A stretch of DNA of 64,000 nt from Pocillopora damicornis. Its lineage: Eukaryota. Under the pieces are notes generated by a model. It was not told the DNA's origin, did not search any database, and saw only the letters and a list, made by a program, of their open reading frames with translations. The translations under genes were made by a program, and so were the position numbers. Where the stretch lies: the NCBI RefSeq assembly GCF_003704095.1, contig NW_020846553.1:372001-436000 (forward strand), given 5' to 3'. Of the stretch, positions 51,695 through 64,000 are shown one piece after another (within the stretch, counting starts at the first letter, position 1; each line of letters opens with the position of its first letter).

Positions 51695-54619
51695 ATTACA
51701 TGTTATTTGTTCAGAGACGGCATCAACGAAGACAAATCATTCCATTGTTAAAAATACACTCTCCCGCTCGCCTAAACTAGTAAATTATTGATGGATCAAC
51801 TGGTGCTCTGCTTCAGTGGCAGCGCTTGTAGATTTTCTTCAAATACGAACTATTGGAGAATAATATCATATATCTTGATCTGATAACAAAGACTAATTAT
51901 TCGAATTAATGGAAAAATTCTCTGAAAAGGGAGAGCTGATGAACATGTTCAAGGTAATTAAACTATCAGGATTAAACTAGGAACAAATAAAAAACTAAGC
52001 TGGTTTTTTGTGATACTTCAATCAATGGATTAAACTCACTGGTGCTGCGGCCATCACCAGAAATTAGTGGAAAAGATGTTTCCTTCTTCAATTAGTCATG
52101 TTTGTGAGAATCTAAACCTTAGTTTGGCATTAAGGTTAGCATGTGACTAAAAAAGTGGTTACAGTGATTTAATGTTTAGGTTCCGCCCAAAGACTCTTGC
52201 AAGGGAAAAATATCTCATTAAATCAATTTGAAAACCTCCTGTCATCCACGGTAGTAGTCAGATGAATGGAAACATGGCTAACTTTTGCAATCTTTAATTT
52301 TTACTCAATTGAATAAATTCATTATGAAAGAGTACGTTGCTACAAATCTAACAAATCCAAACATGTAATGCTCATCTTTGCCTCTGACTAAGTTGTGCAG
52401 TTTGCTCTTCCAAATTCGTGTAAAAGGCCGTTATACCTGAATGCACTTACTGAAATAACAGTTAAACATTAGAAAAGGTGAGGTCTTATAATTTACCCTC
52501 GTTATTTGGAAGTCCCTTCGATATACACGGGGTAAGTGGATCTTGACGTGTGGGATAAGTGGGTCAACTTTTACAAAGAAAGTTACTACTAGTGAATAAA
52601 TACGAGACATTTCTAGCCTATTCGTTGGCTAACTCATCATACTGATTCAAGTAGTTTTAAAGGAGTTGCATCGCTTGTTATTTACTGAAAATATCTTAAA
52701 AGACCTAATTTAAGGTACTAGTCAACGCCACCTGCCATAGCAATCAAGGGTGAAGATAAGATTAATTTATTGTCCATTATTTGCAACTGTGTTACTATTC
52801 ACGGATGACAATGCGCTGTCAAACTCTATCGATTATTACCTCACTATGATTGTATTGTCTTTGAAATGTTTTAAAAGCAAGTTTTTAATTGAAATGAAAG
52901 AATTAAATTTAAATTTAAATTCTCCCGAAAGCTAGCAAAATTCCGGTTCCTTCGCATATGATTTTAATCCAATGAAAACCTGAACCTCATTTCGATTAAT
53001 TTTGTTTGCGAACTGAATACCATTCAGAACGTGACCGATGTCAAAACATCTGTGCATATATATGCAGGTGCCTTACGGTGTTTTATCCTCTTTGTTTGTC
53101 CAACACGACCAAAGCGTTTAGGAGGAATATTAGTGCTCAAGACTTTGCTGTTTTTGGTATAACTGACCAGAACACGCTTTTAAATTTATTATTGCGTTCC
53201 CTGAATCGACTTTGAAGACATAATAGGGCTGATGAATTTTGCTTTTTCTGCTCTCATTACTTACAACCGTGGCAGGTATCAAGTCCTTTACTAGCAATAT
53301 TTATTGCTGCCGTATTTTGCTTGGTAAAGCATACTTTAGGCACAGCCAAGAAGAAAAGTAAGTAAGAACTTATTAGGAGAGAACTATGAGGCAAATATTG
53401 AAGCAAGTTTATGCAGATACGATTTTGAATCAACAAAACTCATATTTCAAATCGTATACTTTATTGTTTTACTTTAACAAGGATGTATTTCAGCGCGGCT
53501 ATTTTGAGACATCAATGATGGGATCTTGTTTTGAAGCCTTCAAATTGCCTTGGATCAATGTTTCTTCTATCATGATGCAGTTTCATCACTCGTTTTCTTT
53601 CTTTTTTTTTTTTTCTTTTTTTCGTTTTTTCCAAGATTTTTATTGATGGTAATGTCGCTGCAACCGTTTTCCTAACATTCGCAAGTTAGCAAATTAATTA
53701 CTCGTCGATAACATCCAAAAGAAAAGGAACAGGATCGCTATCTTGCACATGCTAACAACTACCTTTCCTTGTTACATATACAAAATACTTTTATAACACG
53801 ATAAACAAATGGGCTATCCGAATTTTGCAAACTATATTGATCTTTAAAAAGTTAATAAACAACTGATCAAAATTGATTTTCAAAGGTTGAATATCTGCGA
53901 AACATTGTCTCTCAGTCATGGTTCTCTCGATATCAACGATACTACAAATATACCGTCGTCAACGTCACATTAAATTGTGTCTCCTTACATCACTAGATTT
54001 GTAACTACTTTCAGCAGCTTTAAGAGTCTTTACTACATCAAAACTACAGTCTTGATAGGTAGATGTCCCTAAAGGTAGGGGGGATCTTTTCCGTATCATC
54101 TCTTCTGAAGTTAGCGCAATTATTTCTCATCTTTACGTGTGTTTCTCTTCTAGATTCTTAACCAGTGATCTGTAAAGACAAGACAGGATATGACTCAGTG
54201 CGGAAATAAGTCCAAGCTGTATCGTTTGATTGTTACGTCACTGACGTTTTTTGTCCACAGGTTCTTTTTCCTCTACTTCAGACTCCTGTGTAGACCATTC
54301 AAATGTAGAAGGTAAATCCATGAAAAATTCTCTAACTAACCAAATGAAAGTTGAAAGTCTTGAATTCTGGAAGAGTTCTTAAACCTAAAAGTCTTACTTC
54401 CTCTAACAATCTCCTAGATAAAGTTTTTATTTCCAATTGTTGATTCGTAATTTGATGTTGTTTCCTCTTTCGAAGAGGCTTTCCTCTCTTTGTTTATTAA
54501 TATTTAACCTCATGACATATCAATTCCATCTCCTATTTTCTTTCAATACTTCAAATGTTTCACATTTGTTAGTAAATCCAAAGAGGGCATGCACTGACGT
54601 TGTTATCCCACGTACAAAC

Positions 54620-57600
54620 CTACTTTTTCCCAGCTGAAGGAGGCAGGCAGGTTCCTTGAACACACGTGCTCGGTAGAGGGCAGTTGTTGCACTGATTGAC
54701 AGCTAAATCAAGAGTAGAGAAGGATAACAATTGTAAGTAAAGTTAGATGCAAAAATAACAATGAAATTGAAATCTGTGCAATGACCTTACGGAGTAGGCC
54801 GAAATATATAATCTGTCGGTAGAAGATACATACACAACAGGGTCTGAGACCAGACGAGGAGCATCAGGGTAGTATAATACATAGGTAATTAAGGCAGAGT
54901 ATATCACATGATGATCATTGATCTGGACTTATAGATCAACTGCGTTTTACTTCGCTAAGTCGGTGCCTTTTAGATAGAGTATAGAAATTGTTCTTAATTT
55001 CAATAAACAGGAAATTATTCCCATTTATAGAAAATAATTTGTCTTCTTGTATTGATAGTATCTCTTAGTTATTCACTTAAGACCACTGATTTATTCTTAC
55101 AAAATTTTTTTTTTACTGCAAGCACCCTTTCTTTTGATTTTAGCACAACCTTTCTATAGACCTAGTTTCCCCAAAATCATCGTCCTGAGGGCGAGCGACA
55201 TGATGGACGCAAATCCCTTTGCCCGTCGACGCCTGTAGACGCCATAAAAACTCAGAGTAGAATCACTTGCACTATTTCTTGGTGTGTCACTCACCTCTGC
55301 AATTATATCCATTCCCATGGTAGGGTTCAATGCAGACGCAAATGCCATTTTGGCATTGAGCGAATGGACTGCAGCCCTGACACTGAGTATCTTTTTCTGC
55401 GGCAAAAGAAGCAATAAACATTGATGCAACAAACAAGGGAATATCAAATGGTGATGTTCTCTTTCAAAAAACTATTTGTCTGGTAGCCTCAAATTGAGAT
55501 AAAACCTAAAAATGCGTACTATGACGAGTCCTTTTCGCAAGTTCGAGAAAAGCACGATGAAGCAGCTCACACACAATAAGTGTATATTATGTTGTGCGAA
55601 ATAAATCCCAGCAGCAACTCATCGAGGGCCTGGGTCAGGGGTTTTCACGATTAAGCTTGACCGAACTATACTAGCTTCTACTTTGTTCTTCCTTCATACA
55701 TCGAAACAGCTTTCCGGACAAAATTCACCTCTGATTATAAAAATGTACCTCGCTTTGTTCGTGGGTTATTTGTATTAGTAAGGTAGAAATGCCGCGTTTG
55801 TCATTAGATAACAATATATATTTTCTATATATTGGATAATGGAGACGAAAGCATATGACAAGTAAATAGGCATTCTTTTTACCTTTTTCGCATTGGTACC
55901 CATTGCCATAATATCCATGTTTGCATTTACAATGGCCATTAACGCAGATCGCGTCTATGTCACACTTTTCACATTCGTCAACTGCAAACCAGTAACAAAC
56001 AAAGAGACCAAAACAATGAATTAAAAACCCCTTTCCTTTACTAGAAAGACTAAAAGCTTCGAAGAATTTTCAATTTGCCGTACTCACGAAATTATGAGTA
56101 GGCAGAGACGCATTATTTTGTTCTGAAAATTGTGTGAATGATTATGTAAAACTCTGCGACACCTTTTTGGTTATTTTAGACAAATGCTTTAGAGAAGTTT
56201 GTGGAGAAGGCTGTGGCCATAATTTAATTTTTTTTTTAAAGTCCGTCAATGACAAACGCATTCCCTCCACTTTTATGGTTACAGATATGAATGAAATGGT
56301 AACTCTTTAAACAATTTATTGTCTTAAACCTTGCGCTTCGACAAAGGAAGTCTCGCAAAGGTTTTGAGATTAAAAAATATATATTAATGGTTCTTACTTT
56401 CACAATTAGGTCCGCTGTATTGAGTGACGCAGGCACAGTCATATCCACCTCCATTCTCCGTACACGTTCCTCCATTCATGCAAGGATTTGGGTGACAAGC
56501 AGCCTTTAAACCGCCTGGTGTCCCAGGACCCCCGGGAACCACAGGATTACCACCTAAAGCAATTGTTCATTAGCTATCTCTTTAACGTCTTAACAACCAA
56601 GAATAAGATCGATCAGGCCCACTGGTGTGCACTGTATCCTTAAATCTACTGCTGAAATTATTTTGATAACAAAATGTTTTGAAACTTTAAAGAATGCTGT
56701 GTTTAAACAAATGATAGACAGCTGGTAACGATATGCATAAATGAAATGTTATATTAAGAAGAATGAAAGAAAATAAGAAAAAATAGAAGGTGGATACTGA
56801 TTATCGATGGTGACATGCCCCCATCGAATAGTTATGTTTGAGTATCAATCAATCTTTCTTAAAACAATGATTCTATGGGGAGACAATGTCTTCTTTAGCA
56901 ATGTTCCTGAAAATTAATAATAGAAATTTACCTTTAGGCTTTTCGCAAAATTCTCCTTCAAACTCCTCAGGGCAAGTACAGACAGGTTTTCCGTCTACAG
57001 CTGTGCACTGTCCCCCATTTTGACATGGATTTGCATCACACGGGTTGTTCCTCAATCCTAACTCACAGTTTGTGCCTGAGAAGCCCTCTTGGCATAAACA
57101 TTGATAAGAATTATCTTGATCAACACACTGGCCGCCGTTTTGACAAGGATTCGGATCGCATGGATTGGAGCGTGAACCGGGTGCTGAAAGAAAACACCGC
57201 GTAAAAAAAAATAGTATGCAATAAAGCAGAAACTCGTCAGCTCAAGCTTGAGACAAAAAAAACAGTATAAGCAAGTTCGATGTCAGAATAAGATTCAAAT
57301 CACGGGAATCTAGGATCGAGTAAATTGAAATAAACAACAATTATTATTCTAGAATTATACACCCTGACAATTTTCATCCTTTTTTATAGATGTCCAATTT
57401 GAAGGCAGCTATTATTTGTAATAACCAAAATCTCTGTCCTCTCTTGGAAATATCTCAGCCTCATTTATTTTTGTCGCTAGTTGCTTAGACCGCTTACGAA
57501 CTATGCAATGTCAATCAGCATCGTTTCAAGTTGCAATTAGACTTCTAAATCATTCGATCAGTAGACTACCAAATTTCCACAATTCTCTCTGTTATTGCTG

Positions 57601-60600
57601 AATTCTCGGTCATAAAATGTGTGACGTAAACTCACTACCGGTTATGAAAAGGTTTTTCATTGCATTAAATGTGTATTTGAGATATAAAATTGCGTCGATA
57701 CTAGTTCTGTGGAAATAATTATTGGAAAATATCAAGTGAAAAGTTGAAGAATATTCTAAAGGATATTGCTATTAGGCTAAAGAAACAAGCGTGGTAAGGA
57801 ACATGGCAATATCTTGTTACAGGCAAAGTGATAAATTATCAAGATTCAAACGTTGTCCATGTCGTATGTGGAAGCTTCTTTATCTCAGCATTCATTAATT
57901 GTTGTTATATTCACTAGAAGCTCAATCAGGGGTTTCATTCAACATACGCGGCTACAAAAAAACTGAACGGTTGCGTCGAGTTAGCGTATCCGCAGCATAC
58001 TTGCTTACGAGAAGAACGCAAACCCAATTGGATAGTTTGGTTATGACGTCATCTCTGCGTCTGTGTTCCAACAGATCATATGAAGGAATCAATTACTATG
58101 TATGTAAAATTCAGCTTCTTAGGTAAATGGCAAGTGGAAAGATAGGGAAGGTGTAGAATTGGAAGTGGAATGATAAGCCTTTTGCTGGTCCCTTTTAGAG
58201 CAGGCAAGGAGCGCTAGCACAAAGTGCACGTGCTATGACAAGGACTAGGAAAATCTTATCGAGCGCGTGAGGTAGATACTGAAAAATTACAACTCCCACG
58301 TAAAGGAATGAGAACTGAATGATGTAGTGCTTCCTTTCATACTGTCATTTTGACAAAGAGCCAACTATCAAATGCAAATACAAGTTATTTTCATAGTAAC
58401 TTACAAATAGAAGAGACGAGCAAAGGAAACATTCTTACCACGATATCTTAATATGATTTTTTTCTTTATATATCTAAGTAGTTGACCAGATATCCTCATG
58501 TCGTGTGCGTGTCCCTTTTTTCCTAGATCAGGCCCGAACTTTAACTACCTTATCTGCTTAATTGAGAGTACCGGCCAAAAGGATACTATTTTCCTCTTCA
58601 AATATTACACCGCAGTTATAATTGTAAGTGGAAGAAGTAATTTTGAAGAAAGCGTTGCAAAACCACCGAAAATAACTTGCGCATAGTTTTCGTTGGCTAA
58701 TTTATTATTCTCATACCACTTCAAATATTAATCACCACAATGATAAGGAGATGCAAGCTATGTTTTTTTAAAATATTTCATAGTATCTATTTTTTGGAAT
58801 CGTGTTCTATCCTATTTTGCATTCCATAACATGCGTCCATCAGATTGTCTCTAAGTGGTAATGTGGCGGCTGTGTCGTGTTCTCCGTCCAGTATTGTCCA
58901 GTCCTTTTCCTATTTACAAGTCGTGGTCACTTGACCGTACAGTTGTTGCTGTCATCAAGTTAACTCGGTTGCAAAGGCCATGGGAAATGATAGAACACAA
59001 CATTCCCCCCAACGAACTCTCAAGGGTAGTCGGTGGAAGAAAATAGGAGGAAGATCTTCCTTAGCTAGTTGGAAGATCTTATGAACCAGGAGGACCGTAG
59101 CCACCTTGGCTACTTGAAGGGCTACTTGGTATCGGGCTAGAGGCAGGAGCACCAGGAGGGCTGCTTCCTGATATGCTTCCACTTCCTGGTGCTATTTTGG
59201 AAATAAACACGTTTTTAATGGTTCTTCATTGCTCTTGATATATTACGAGGTTAAGCATGAACTTTACTTTAAAAAACAAACAAATAAAACAAAACAAATC
59301 AGAAAAACACAAATGCAAAAGCAGCAAATATAGAACTTTTACCCTTATGCTTTCAGCCTTTTTTACACTTAAACGATTTTCTATTGACCACGAACAGGAG
59401 ACCTTTTTACACCATTTAGTGGGATTCATTTAATGTCTTTAGAAAAATTGATTTCATCTATGCTGATTTCCTTAAAAAAAATTCCATTATCTTTTAATTC
59501 AAAGCAAGACTAATATCCAAGTTGGTTTACTTACGGCCTCCTTTGGGTGTGCATGTTTGTCCATCACCAACCCATCCCTCCATGCAAACACAGTTGCCAT
59601 TATCACAGCGAGCATGCGAGTCACATTTGGCACATTTGTCAACTGTAATGAGCAAAATTATTCATTATAGTGATTCGTGTCTTTACTCTGAAACTCAAAA
59701 GACACTGAATGGCAAAAATTTTTATGCAATTTTTTTGTGTGGGGGTTCCACGGAAAAATGTAATCAGGAGCCAGAAAAATAAACCAACAGAAGTAACGGT
59801 AACTAGCGTGTGTCTCTACTTTTTACTTTGGTGTGATTGGTTAGTACGCACTTTACAGTTTACTTTTCGCTTCCGATAAAAAAGTTTTTGAGGATTCCTG
59901 TGATTCATAACGAGGGGCAGTTATTTAGTTCACACTCGTTCATTTACAGGCGCGTTTGAGAATTAAACTCCCCAACAAGCTGACCGTATAATCTACAAGT
60001 GAAAATCATGTGCTTAAGAAATAAGTAACAAAGACTTGTATGTGTCATGTTTTGAGCATGTATGTGCACTTACTATTGCAGAAATTCCCTTCGTATTGTG
60101 GAGTGCATTCACAAGTTGCCACCCCATTCATTTCTTTACATGTACCAGAGTTTTGGCATGGGTTCGGGGAGCAAGGATTTGCCTCTGTAAATATGATGAT
60201 AATGAATTATGAACAATATGCAGACTTCAATTTATTCTGAAGATGAATAAAATTTTCAAGGAAAATCCCGTGGAAGACGTGAGTAGAAAAAATACAACAA
60301 AATAAAACAGTTTTGATGTTTTTAGGCTTCATGAGAAATAATGTAGGTAATATTATACGACGCTAAATTGAAATGATTTCAACTCCGTTGAGGAAAAATA
60401 TCAAAATTGTAGTCGGAGAGCAATAAACTTGTCAACTCGAATTATTGGCTGTTCAAGGCCAAAAATCTGCACCATTTTAGAAAAAGAAAGGTGAATGTAA
60501 CAGTCAAATGCTAAAAGAATTACATCTAATGATTCATCGTTTATTTTCATGGGACAGCAGTAACAAGTTTAAGAAAATGAACGACACTTTTTGAAAACAT

Positions 60601-63376
60601 GGAAGCGTGATCTAAGATGTTAAAACACTCATCAGAACAAAGAGTGCGACATTGAGGAGAATTATGAAGATGTCTGAAAATGTGAGAGGTTCACTCACTG
60701 GAGTGTTACTCAAGAATCATGTGATGATATTCACTTACTTTCGCAGTCATTTCCTTCAAAATTACTGAGGCAGCTGCACCTGTAACCATTTTCTTCAGGG
60801 ATGCAGGTTCCACCGTTTTTGCAAGGATTTGGAACGCAGTATTGTCGAGCTAGATTAATTACCGAAAAAAACATTGTTTTATCACATAAGCTGCGGTGTT
60901 ATACAGGGATTTCCGGCCTTGAGAGAGACCGTAACAGTACAAGTGAAAAATATCGTATTTTTTTTACGTGTGTTGATATAGCCAATCAGCCGCTGACACG
61001 TCACTCGCCTTTGAGCCACTCGGTCGGGTTGATAAGTGAACGGCAAAGCCTTCACAATTCTCAATACAAATTGTTTGTCGGAGCTTTCTCGAATTATGGC
61101 GGCTAAAACACTAAAAATTCCGTATCGCTGACAGACAGTGAGGTTCAAACTTTCTTAGAAGGAGAAGAAAACCAATATACTAAAAGAAAAACCGAAAGTT
61201 ACGTATTCAGTGGCTATGGTGTTAGCATTTCTGAAAAAATACTTTAAAAGTGCTTTATAGATAGTACTTTATAGCTTATAGAAGAAAATTGAATTCAGTG
61301 CAGAAGTATTGTTTTGTTATCCAAGAAAATTCCTACATTTCATTCCTCGCGGCGACAAGAGCACGTGTAGTTCGTTTTTAGTTTTGAATTGGCCTTGTAC
61401 GTCAAACCCATTTCAGAAAACGATGACTGTAAAGTATGGCGTTGATTTCTTCCACTTACTTTCACAGTGTGGTCCAGTCCATCCCAACGTGCATTCACAG
61501 TCATAAGATGAGTCAGTTGGAAGACAGGCTCCACCATTTTTACAAGGATTAGGATGACAAACATTTTCTATAAGCAAAGTGTATTATTTTTATACCCAAT
61601 AATATAGATTTTAACACAAGTAACTACAAATTGCAAATTATTTATTTAAGGTAGGTACGAACAGTCTCTCCTCTATGACTTTTTGCGTAAAATTGAATCA
61701 TATAAGGATTCAACGGATCCTAATGGAAATTGCAAGCAACAGAGTTATCCTTTTACAACAGGCAAAAAATTCAAACACGCTTACTGTGAAAAGTACACGT
61801 GTGTAGATCTAATCTGTGATTTTAGAATTCAGTCTTGGAGTTTAAATAACGTAGAAAATCTGGATTCTACCTCGAGGATTCGAGCGATTTCGTGGTCGCA
61901 TTCTCCAACAACTGAACTACATAGCACTAGCTACTTATCCCAAATACAACCTATGTTCATTTATAGAAACCACAACTTCTAAGACAGAAACCGAGTTTTC
62001 TTCTCTGATACTTACTCTTGCATGTTTTTCCGTCTCCATGATAACCCTCGCTGCAAACACAATGGCCCAAAATGCATTCTGCGTTTGGACTGCAATATCG
62101 ACAACTATCATCTGCCAATGCAAAAGAAAATTATACCTGAAGATAATTAATTTTGTGAAGGAAAAAATGAATTGGTGTTTTATCAGTTTTTTAATTTATT
62201 TCTTATTTTTTGAAGCCAGTTTCTTCCTGAGGCTTATCAGTTTTAGCGCAACTTGGTGGCTAGCTTGATAATAGGCTAAGTATGATGCCAAAAATTTTGA
62301 TATTGTCTGGCACATACGAGAACCTTCCAACATCTCCAAAAGACATGCAACGACGAATCAATATCGTTTTATTTATCCGTACTGCGCCACTGCAACCGTC
62401 GATGCTGTTCTTTAGTGGGCCTGGAAAGTTCCACATGGTATTCACCGCAAAGCAAAAAAAGTTGCTCTAAACTTAATCTATTGTTTTCTTAATTGTATAG
62501 AACTGAGGAGATATCTCGCCGCGGGACTGGGGCTCACATGCAGGCCTGGTGAAACTGAATAGGATCTGACAGCACCTTCTACATTACATAGCGATAAAAA
62601 GCCGACAACAATAAGGATATCCACCAAAGTTTAAGTGATATAAGCTATTCAAATATTATGAAAGGAATGGTTTATGTTTTACCTTCGCAGTTATGCCCAG
62701 AGAAAGGAGAAACACACTTGCAAATGTATGACATTCCATTCTGTGAATAATCTGCGAAAGAGGGACCGGCGTACATATTTGATTCCCCATTGTTGTGTAG
62801 AAAATATGTATCCACGCAGGTTCCTCCGTGGAGACAAGGGTGTGATAAACAGGCACTCATTACTAGAAATGTAGGCAAAAGCCGAAAGTTAATCAATGTT
62901 GCGGAGCAGCATTAAACATAAGGATGACAGGAATCATGATAGAGTGTCAATGATCAAACTCTGAACGTGGTCAACGTCGTTGCTAAACAGGAATTAATAG
63001 GTTACATTCATTTTCTATAACAAACGTACCTGAAAGTAGTCAAATTAAATCGAAAAACAAGGAAATCAAACAGATAAACAAACTGGTGTCCATTAGGAAC
63101 AGTTACATTTTTTGCAAACTGTCATCGACTTTCAATAGTCGAGTTTCGTGCTTCCTTTATTCCCACATTTTTTCTTCTGAAAAAATTTCCTATAATCCTC
63201 TTTATTTCTGCTTTTTTAAATTTAAATTTTTTGAACGTAATTATTTTAGGTCATCCCAATTCACTTACATTCACATCTGTCTCCATGGTTACCAACTTGA
63301 CAAACGCATCGGTAAGAGGATCCCTCTTCCAAACAAGAACCGCCATTGTGACAAGGATTAGGTTTACAGACGTGAT
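54620..63376 (-). CDS. Multi-EGF-repeat protein, 5'-partial paralog (EGF-D); upstream exons lie beyond the window
   Basis: Exons at about 63269-63376, 62683-62863 (long-loop EGF), 62015-62111, 61460-61567, 60739-60849, 60074-60184, 59535-59642, ~59090-59192 (Ser/Pro/Gly linker), 56932-57183 (two EGFs), 56398-56553, 55883-55982, 55295-55396, 54620-54701. An in-frame TAG lies at 54620, but a gtaggt donor there could extend the CDS to an exon at ~54044-54169. Confidence 0.85.
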
Positions 63377-63399
63377 CTGATGAAATTTACAACTCATAT

Positions 63400-63660
63400 T
63401 ATATCCTCACTCAGAATCTGAGTATTTACCAAAGTGGAGGTGGCTAGTGAGGGATATTTACTAGGAAGCGAAGCGCCACCACTTTCCATCGACTCTGATG
63501 GTAATATTATATTTTTGTAGTATAAACTAAAACAGTGTTATAGTATTGCAGAAGAAAGATGATTTTAACTCATACATTCCTGCAAAGTGTACGTTGCTCT
63601 AAGGTGAATAACAAAGGATATTCGGTGTTTGAGTAGCCTATAAGAGCGCGCCTTCACGCT
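63400..63660. repeat. Interspersed repeat fragment related to 31790-31960
   Basis: Shares the gtggaggtggctagtg/ccaccact motif set; boundaries approximate. Confidence 0.4.
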
Positions 63661-64000
63661 GTCCTCTGTTTTAATATATATCAATGCACGCTTCGCAAAC
63701 ACTCTATGTGAAAAAAAATGAGACCGTTATTTTGATCAAATCGAACTAAAGATAAGTGATTTGCAAACTCATTCTAGTTTTGAAACAAAACCAGAAACTA
63801 AAAAGATGGGACCATTTTACCGGAATAACAGCGATGACTGTAAAGAAAGCACTTAGTAGATTATGTTGTAAATATCCGTACATTTAGCTAACATTTGATT
63901 CTGGTTTAGATTAATGTCAAGACGTGTGTTCTAAGATCATTCAAGTTAAATAATTTGGCACTTAAATTCAGCTTCTGGCTAACTCACTAACACTTGAACA

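Noticed and set aside
51800-54000. Short ORFs between EGF-C and EGF-D
   Set aside because: AT-rich, no motifs or exon-like structure; treated as intergenic/UTR.
16432-63376. Calling the EGF genes Notch, Delta/Jagged, Crumbs or fibropellin
   Set aside because: No LNR, DSL, laminin-G, CUB, avidin, clear transmembrane or ankyrin exons seen, and the calcium-binding EGF consensus is largely absent.

Overview
AT-rich, intron-rich animal genomic DNA with GT-AG introns. The repeat types and astacin-ShKT genes suggest a cnidarian, probably a scleractinian coral (inference, not tested). I built six protein-coding gene models by hand from splice sites and reading phase. (1) A 5'-partial + strand astacin metalloprotease with two ShKT-type domains (13-3955). 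(2) A complete - strand astacin with signal peptide, acidic prodomain, 2x TSP1, MAM and 4x ShKT (4409-22167). (3-6) A tandem cluster of four paralogous, apparently secreted multi-EGF proteins: EGF-A (+, 16432-~28400), EGF-B (-, ~29500-39038), EGF-C (-, 40816-51694) and EGF-D (-, ~54600 to beyond the window). A, B and C match exon for exon: signal peptide, dibasic site, His/Pro/Val-rich segment, 4-Cys EGF, EGF run, long-loop aromatic EGF, CxxC-type EGF, a non-EGF 'CxCPK' six-Cys module, then more EGFs. Their C-termini differ; EGF-C ends in poly-Glu, Pro repeats and a Tyr-rich tail. The 5' exons of astacin 2 and the first half of EGF-A are interleaved on opposite strands. The best candidate for an undescribed system is this family of possibly self-assembling or adhesive extracellular EGF proteins linked to secreted astacin proteases; that function is a hypothesis. 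Introns carry MITE-like, tRNA-derived and Penelope-like repeat fragments. Exon boundaries were read by eye and may be off by a few bases.
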